From Octopus vulgaris (lineage: Eukaryota), in assembly GCA_951406725.2 (NCBI GenBank), contig OX597826.1:70618001-70682000 (forward strand): a DNA stretch of 64,000 nucleotides, written 5' to 3'. Every line of letters starts with the position of its first letter. Positions within the stretch are counted from its first letter, which is position 1. Below the pieces are notes generated by a model. The model had not been told where the DNA came from, did no database searches, and saw nothing but the letters and a program-made list of their open reading frames with translations. Both the position numbers and the translations under genes were made by a program. Positions 56,498-64,000 of the stretch are shown here, in pieces.

Positions 56498-57580
56498 AAC
56501 TACCGCCACGGCCACAACAGCTGCAAATAACCACGATCGCCATTACCATCACTACTACTAACACCACCACCACCACCACCACCACCACCACCACCACACC
56601 ATCACCACAACCACCACCACCACCACCACTACCGCCACCACAACCACCACCACAACCATAACCACAATCACCACCGCCACCACAGCAGCGACAACCACCA
56701 CCATCGTCACGCCCACAACCACTACAACCATAACCACTACCTCAACCACCACCATCACCACCACCACCATAACAACCACGACCATCACCACAACCACCAC
56801 CACCACCACTACAACCATCACCACCACTACAACCACCACCAACACCACCACCACGACCACCGCCACAACCACCACCAACACCACCATCACCACCACCACC
56901 ACTACCACCATTACCACTACCGCCACCACAACAACTGCTACTACCACAACCACCGCTTCCACAACCATCTCCACCACCACCACCACCACCACCACCACCA
57001 CCACCACAAATACCCATATGATGCCGTCCATCACTACCTCAGTCTCTTCCTCCATCCCTGTCTTTAAAAAAGAATGGTAAGCTATAAATAGAACGGGATA
57101 TTTTGGAGTAAATAATGGAGCGATTAGTTCCAGAAACGTTGTCTGAGTCCAGGAATCTTTTTTGTTTCTGTTTTGGTTTTCTCTCTTTATGACTTCGTCA
57201 CTGAATTGTTGACGAACCAACAGAAACTTGTTCCATCCCAGAGCAGCTGCAACTGTTATTTGTTGGAGGTGATGGTCGTCGTCATCGTCGTCTTTCTTCT
57301 TCTTCTTCTCCTCATCATTTTTCACCACCTCCTGCTCCTGCTCCTCCCCTCTTCCCCCTCCTCCTCCCCTTCTTCTTTTTCTTCTTCTTATCCCCATCCT
57401 TCTCCTCTCCTGCTCCTGCACTTCCTCCTTCTTTTTCTTATCCTCTTCCTTCTCCTCCTCCTCTCCTGCTTCTGCTTCTCCTACTCCTCCTTTTCCTTTT
57501 CCTTCCCCTTCTTATTCTGATCCTTCTCCTCCTCTCCTGATTCTGCTGCTGCTGCTGTTGCACCTCCTCCTCCTCCTTCT
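56170..57580. repeat. (CA)n, (ACT/ACC)n and polypyrimidine (CCT/CTT) low-complexity blocks
   Basis: Direct reading. Confidence 0.9.
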
Positions 57581-57984
57581 TCCTGTATGATAAAAAGTTT
57601 GCTTCCCATCCACACAGTTCCGGGTTCGGTCCCACTGGCGCCTTGGGCAAGTGACTTTTATCACTACAAATTCGGACCGGCCAAAGCCTTGTGAGTTTCT
57701 GCTAAACAAATATCTTGCCAATATACCCGATTATGGGCTCCTCTACTTCTCAAAGACAAGGCCCAAGCAAATGAAAAGAAAAACAAAATGCGTCTACGAG
57801 GTTCATTAGCTTGATAGAAGTAGCGGACAAATCTTCAAATCATCTTTAAATGTAAAGAACATATTTGAAAATATAATTTATTTTAGATATATTGTTTGTA
57901 AAGTGATCGAAGGTTATGAATACAATATTTTGAGCATAAATGTACTTGATCCGTGGTTGATTAGGACTAAGTATTAATTCATTC

Positions 57985-58645
57985 TACTATAGGCACAAGA
58001 ACTGAAATTAGATCGACCCCCAGTACGCAACTGGTACTTAATTCATCGGCCCCGAAAGGATGAAAGGCAAAGTCGACCTCGACGGAATTCGAACTCAGAA
58101 CATAAAGTCAGACGAAATACCGCTAAGCATTTCGCCCGGCGTTCTAACGTTTCTTATTTCTTTACTGCCCACAAGGGGCTAAATACAGAGGGGACAAAAA
58201 AGGACAGACAAACGGATTAAGTCAACTAAGATCCAAGTGTACGCATTTAACTTAGTCGATTATATCGACCCAAGAGGTACTTATTTGATCGACCCCGAAA
58301 GGATGAAAGGCAAAGTCGACCTCGGTGGAATTTGAACTCAGAACGTAATAGCAGACGAAATGCGGCTACGCATTTTGCCTGGAGTGCTAACGATTCTGCC
58401 AGCTCACCGACTTATTTCAGAAAGAATATTCTTTTCTACTCTAGGCACGAAGCCCGAATCTTTGCGAGAGAGGGTGCCAGTCGATTAGATTGACATCAGT
58501 ACGCAACTGGTATTTAATTTATCGACCAGGAAAGGATGAAAAGCAAAGACGACCTCGGCGGAATTTGAATTCAGAACGTAAAGACAGACGAAATACCGCT
58601 AAGAATTTCGCCCGGCGTGCTAACGTTTCTGCCATCTCGCCGACT
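57985..58645 (-). mobile_element. Three to four head-to-tail family A SINEs
   Basis: GAAAGGATGAAA...GACCTCG recurs three times. Confidence 0.85.
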
Positions 58646-58832
58646 TAGTATTAATGAAACAACAATGATGACGACGACGACAATGACGTCGATGACGATG
58701 ATTTCCTTTTCTCTAAAGTACACATCCTTCTTCTTCGTAGGTTCATTTTTCCGTTCGTCTTCTCCACTGTTCTTTCCCGTGTACCTGGCGACCTCACTTA
58801 AAGCAGTCTGCGCAAATTCCTCTCATTCGGAT

Positions 58833-59052
58833 TTCTTTTACTTGTTTCGGCCATTTGATTGCGTCCAAGCTGGAGAACTGCCTTAAAGAGTTTTAGTCAA
58901 AGAAATCGACTCCAGGACTTATTCTTTCAAAGCCTAGTATTTATTCTATCAGAGTTTTTTTGCCGAACCGCTAAGTTACAGGGACATAAATACACCGGCA
59001 TCGGTTCTCAAGCAATAGTAGTGGGTAGGGGGAACAAACACAGATATACACA

Positions 59053-59125
<73 letters not shown>

Positions 59126-59290
59126 ACACATACAACGGGCTTCAGTCAGTCTCTGTCTACCAAATACACCCACAAGGCTTTTATCAGCTCGAGGCTATAG
59201 TAGAAGACATTTGCCCAAAGTGCCATCCAATGGGACTGAACCCAGAAACTTGTGGTTGGAAGGCTTCTTACCACATAGCCACGCCTGTAC
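58833..59290 (-). mobile_element. SINE family B, diverged copy
   Basis: Matches family B. Confidence 0.82.
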
Positions 59291-59471
59291 CTATATGTAT
59301 TTTTTAAAATTCAATTCATTGCCCTCTTTTCTTTTCTCCAACAATCCAAAGTTTTTACATTACCATCCGCCGAAAATTGCAAAAGAAACCATGGAAACTG
59401 CTGCCACTCTAATGTGACTAAATAGCAGAGAATAAGTAGATAATATGCGAGGCTTACTGATTGGGATGGAA

Positions 59472-59853
59472 GCACTCCGTCGGTTACGACGATGAGGGTT
59501 CCTGTTGATCCGAATCATTGGAACAGCCTGCTCGTGAAATTAACGTGTAAGTGGCTGAGCACTCCACAGACACGTGCACCCTTAACGTAGTTCTCAGGGA
59601 TATTCAGCGTGACACAGAGAGTGACAAGGCCGGCCCCTTGAAATACAGGTACAACAGAAACAGGAAGTAAGAGTGGAGTGAGAGAAAGTTGAGGCGAAAG
59701 AGTACAACAGGGGTCGCCCCCCCCTGCCGGAGCCTCGTGGAGCTTTAGGTGTTTTCGCTCAATAAACACACACAACGCCCGGTCTGGGAATCGAAACTGC
59801 GATCCTCCGACCACGAGTCCGCTGCCCTAGCCACTGGGCCATTGCACCGCCAC
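59472..59853 (-). mobile_element. SINE family C tail type 1, inserted in the head of an older D-like SINE (+, about 59447-60110)
   Basis: GCTTACTGATT is duplicated at 59452-59462 and 59855-59865; the B box GTTTCGATTCC resumes after the insertion. Confidence 0.85.
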
Positions 59854-60214
59854 AGCTTACTGATTAGGGTGTTGTACTCAAGATTTTAGGATCGTGGTTT
59901 CGATTCCTGGACCGGCTGGTGTGTTGTGTTCTACAATAAAACACTTCACCACACATTGCTTCAGTCCACTCGACTGTAAATGAGTTCCAGCAGTTGCTAG
60001 GCAGTTAACCTTGCAACGGGTTGATGTTCTATTCAGTGGGTGTTTTGTTATCTCAAGTCACTTATACGCTATGAGAACCACGTTAAGCCCCGACATTATG
60101 CGTCCTTGGGCTCATGACAAACCTCAGTATAAGAAAAATAAGCAATGCAAGCGCGTGTTCATCTCAGTATGTAGAGTATAAACACTCACACTTATATCTC
60201 CCTCTTTGTGTTAG

Positions 60215-60500
60215 GTTAGTCTTTTTGATCCAGAGATAACCATTTTTCCCATTCATTTGCTAGTCTTTTGATGACTACGCCTCGCAGTCCCAGATGTACA
60301 ACTTGGCTCGCAGATACGACATGTAAAATATTTTATTGAGAAAGCCGGTTGTGATTCTACACGCATGCCTCTTTTGACGATTCTCCTGTTTGCCCAGCAT
60401 AGCTTAGATTTTTTCATATTGGTCTTTAGTTGGATTTTGAACCGCTTCTTTACCTCTCCATTAAAGATTTCCTTTGGGGATAGCTGGTCGTAAAAATTCC
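60215..60500 (-). mobile_element. 3' end of an RTE-clade LINE, internally deleted
   Basis: ORF 60253-60594 reads PKEIFNGEVKKRFKIQLKTNMKK...FTCRICEPSCTSGTARRSHQK*, an RTE-type C-terminus. Confidence 0.65.
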
Positions 60501-60722
60501 AACGGCGAGAGGGGTACATACGCACGTACAAACATACACACACTCTCGTATATATATATATCTTTAAATTAGAAAAAAAAACACCTTTTATCAATTCAAT
60601 AATGAAAAATTGAATTATACCATTTAGAAAAAAATCATCTTATAGAAAGATTAAATATAAGATAAAACATATAACAATGATTAAGTAATGTGCAAAATAA
60701 TAAATAAAACGTATATATTTGG

Positions 60723-60821
<99 letters not shown>

Positions 60822-61052
60822 CTGTGTATCTTTATATATGTGTATCTCTGTGTATGTGTTTGTCCGCCTCGACCAGCGCTTGACAACCGGTACTAGTATG
60901 TTTACATCCCCATAACTTAGCAGAATATGTAGTGAGCTTAAAAATAAAATTAGTTGCGAGTTTGATTTGTGCAATTAAACCCTTCAAGGCGGTTCCTCAG
61001 TATGTCTGAAGTCTAACGATTGAAACAAGTAAAACTAATGTCCGTGAGTGCT

Positions 61053-61112
<60 letters not shown>

Positions 61113-61457
61113 CGTGCGTGTGAGCCTATAATGGAAGGTCTCCACTGATCACTCCTCACTTCACCGCTCTACATTCACCCTAACCTTCAAAAACAACAAC
61201 ATAATAATAACTAAATAACTCTCCACTTATCTATCGCGGTCTAATGTATATGAGTTGATTTCATCGATTATTACTTTTGAAAAGATTCTTATCTTCTCTT
61301 TGTCATGTCTTGCGTAACGTTTTATATTCAAACCTTTTGATGCTTTGTGTGTATATATATATATGCATACATGTATGTATATGTGTGTGTAAGCGTACAT
61401 GTATATAAATATATATATTTGTGTGTGTGTGTGAGTGTATGTGTGAAGCCAAGAGTA

Positions 61458-61504
<47 letters not shown>

Positions 61505-61680
61505 AAACATAATAATAATAAAGGGTAAAATTAATTAATCAGTTAATAATTGATAATTTTACCAAGTAGTTCGGTATGTTAAAAGAACCGTTATGTGTAA
61601 CCTCGTACAAAAATTCTATAATTATAAACATAATTATAATCATAGAATTTTTATATACATACATACATATATGTCATATA

Positions 61681-62014
<334 letters not shown>

Positions 62015-62021
62015 ATATATA

Positions 62022-62081
<60 letters not shown>

Positions 62082-62519
62082 CACGCATATACGTGTTTCG
62101 TGATACTCAACCGCGATCAATATAAAACTTGACAATGTAAAATAAATTGCAATATAAAATAATGCATAGAACATAAGATTTCACTCCAAGAAATATAATA
62201 GTTGGCACATTGTGACATATTAGAGTCGCACACACACGCTTATATCTACATACATGCATACAAATATATATTTATATGTATTTGTTGGTGTGTGTGCGTG
62301 TGTGTGTGTGTGTGTGGAAACAGAGCAACACATATACACATATTATACTACTCGCGCGTATATACTCACACATACTCCAAACAGCCATTGAGCTACACAT
62401 ATTTATGTAGAAGTGCATATCATCTTGTACACTCACACACGTTTCTCTCTGCCTCTTGTTCGTGCTCCCTCCCCTCCACTTTCTCTCTGTTTGTGTGTGT
62501 ATGTGTGCATGTGTTTGTG

Positions 62520-62553
<34 letters not shown>

Positions 62554-63806
62554 ACTGTGTGTGCGTGTACGTACATGTTCGTGAGAATGTGCATAAAAAC
62601 AGCCACAATATGCCAAATACGTCAACCATTATCTGTGGCATCATATTGCTGAATTTCTCTGGAATCCATTACACATTGTAATGTATCCTAACAGACAGAT
62701 GTTACAAAAACTTCTCAATCTAAAGACGTAATTAAGAACTCTAATTATTGGTTTCTTCCAATATTACGAAACCAAAAATGTGCAAGTGGAAGATATCGTC
62801 CATTGAATTGATTCCAAAAATATGGCTACTGCTTAATTTATCAACACTTCTGCCGGAGGGATGAAAAGAGCCAAACCATTTTTTTCAGAATTCTCTGCAG
62901 AATTCTCCGACCTAAGGATATCAATCAGTCGTAGGAATATTCTTTCAATACGAAATTTCTGCATGGATACATACATTGTTGTAAAGACACATATTTAGAA
63001 AACCCTGGAAGACTACACTGAGATTACCCGAGTATATTACTGATACTCGATGCGCTGATAAAGGATGCTTTATTGAATCACATGGTGTGCTAGAAATAGT
63101 AAACAAATATACCTCAAACCAGCATCAGCAATAGCTGCTGCTGCAGTTGTAGCAACAATAGCAGCAGCTGCAACAATAACAACAGCGAATCAAAGTGAAT
63201 GCCGATTTGTAGTTGCTCCACCTGCTAAAATGGCATCCAAATGTGCCTACAATATACATCGTACCACCTTGTACCAAGTGAAGGACATATGTTGATCAAA
63301 CTGCCTGCTAAGAATGCATTATGTATGCAAATCGGTCAATCCGATTTAATTCGAAAGAAAGAGTAGTAAATAGATTCTCTGTTGATAGATAAAGAGAGCA
63401 CGTAATCTTGTTGATGTCCCAACACGAGATTGAAACTTGTGCGGTTGATTCATCTGTTTATGTCCACGAAGGTATTCTATGTAAAGACAGCATGTTTATA
63501 CCTGCCTGTACATAGTGTTGGCTAAAATCTACAGATACATTCAATAATATATATTAAACGATGATAATACATTGGGCGATAATGCTCTTCATACACTAGT
63601 AATTTATTAAACGAAATGGATATCAGAACTACGTTATGCACGCAAATAGGCCACAAATACTGTATGCAAATAAGCCGTTAAATTGGGGGTGAATACTCAC
63701 TTACCGATAGAGAACTCAAACTTGTCTGACAGATACCTTTTTTTAAACTCTCACTAAGATTCCCCCTGCCGCCATAAAGAAAGGAATTACACAGCTTCAA
63801 TCTGAT

Positions 63807-64000
63807 ATCAACAACACTGATATCAAGAAATCCTCTTGTGAGCGTGACCTAGGCATCACTGTCAGCAGTGATTTGCGTTGGTCAAAGCATATCTCTAAGA
63901 TTGTCAGGAAGGCCGAGGGTGTCTTGGCATCACTCAGCAGGTCTTTTGTTAGCTGCTCTCCAGCCATCTATTTAAAACTGTATACAGCTATGGTACGACC
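63807..64000 (+). mobile_element. CR1-like LINE RT C-terminal segment, running off the window
   Basis: Open frame INNTDIKKSSCERDLGITVSSDLRWSKHISKIVRKAEGVLASLSRSF...LKLYTAMVR, with the ERDLG and LYxxxVRP motifs. Confidence 0.8.

Overview
AT-rich eukaryotic DNA dominated by microsatellites and transposable-element debris. It is most consistent with an intergenic or intronic stretch of an octopus genome; this is inferred from the tRNA-derived SINE families and the repeat density, not from a search. I find no intact protein-coding gene. Almost all ORFs in the track are translations of simple repeats. Real coding signal survives only as decayed relics of Penelope-like (GIY-YIG), RTE, R4/Dong-like, Tx1/L1-like and CR1-like retroelements and of Tc1/mariner transposases. 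The rest is dozens of SINE copies (working labels A-E are mine), MITEs, non-autonomous Helitron/Helentron-like elements and one tRNA-Lys-like pseudogene. The most interesting signals are RNA structures in mobile elements: minimal hammerhead-like folds whose cores show compensatory G3-C8 and U3-A8 swaps, two HDV-ribozyme-like scaffolds, one SINE head carrying four different tails, and SINE multimers with a recurring self-complementary junction. Coordinates were read by eye; element ends may be off by about 10 nt unless a TSD or TIR is quoted.
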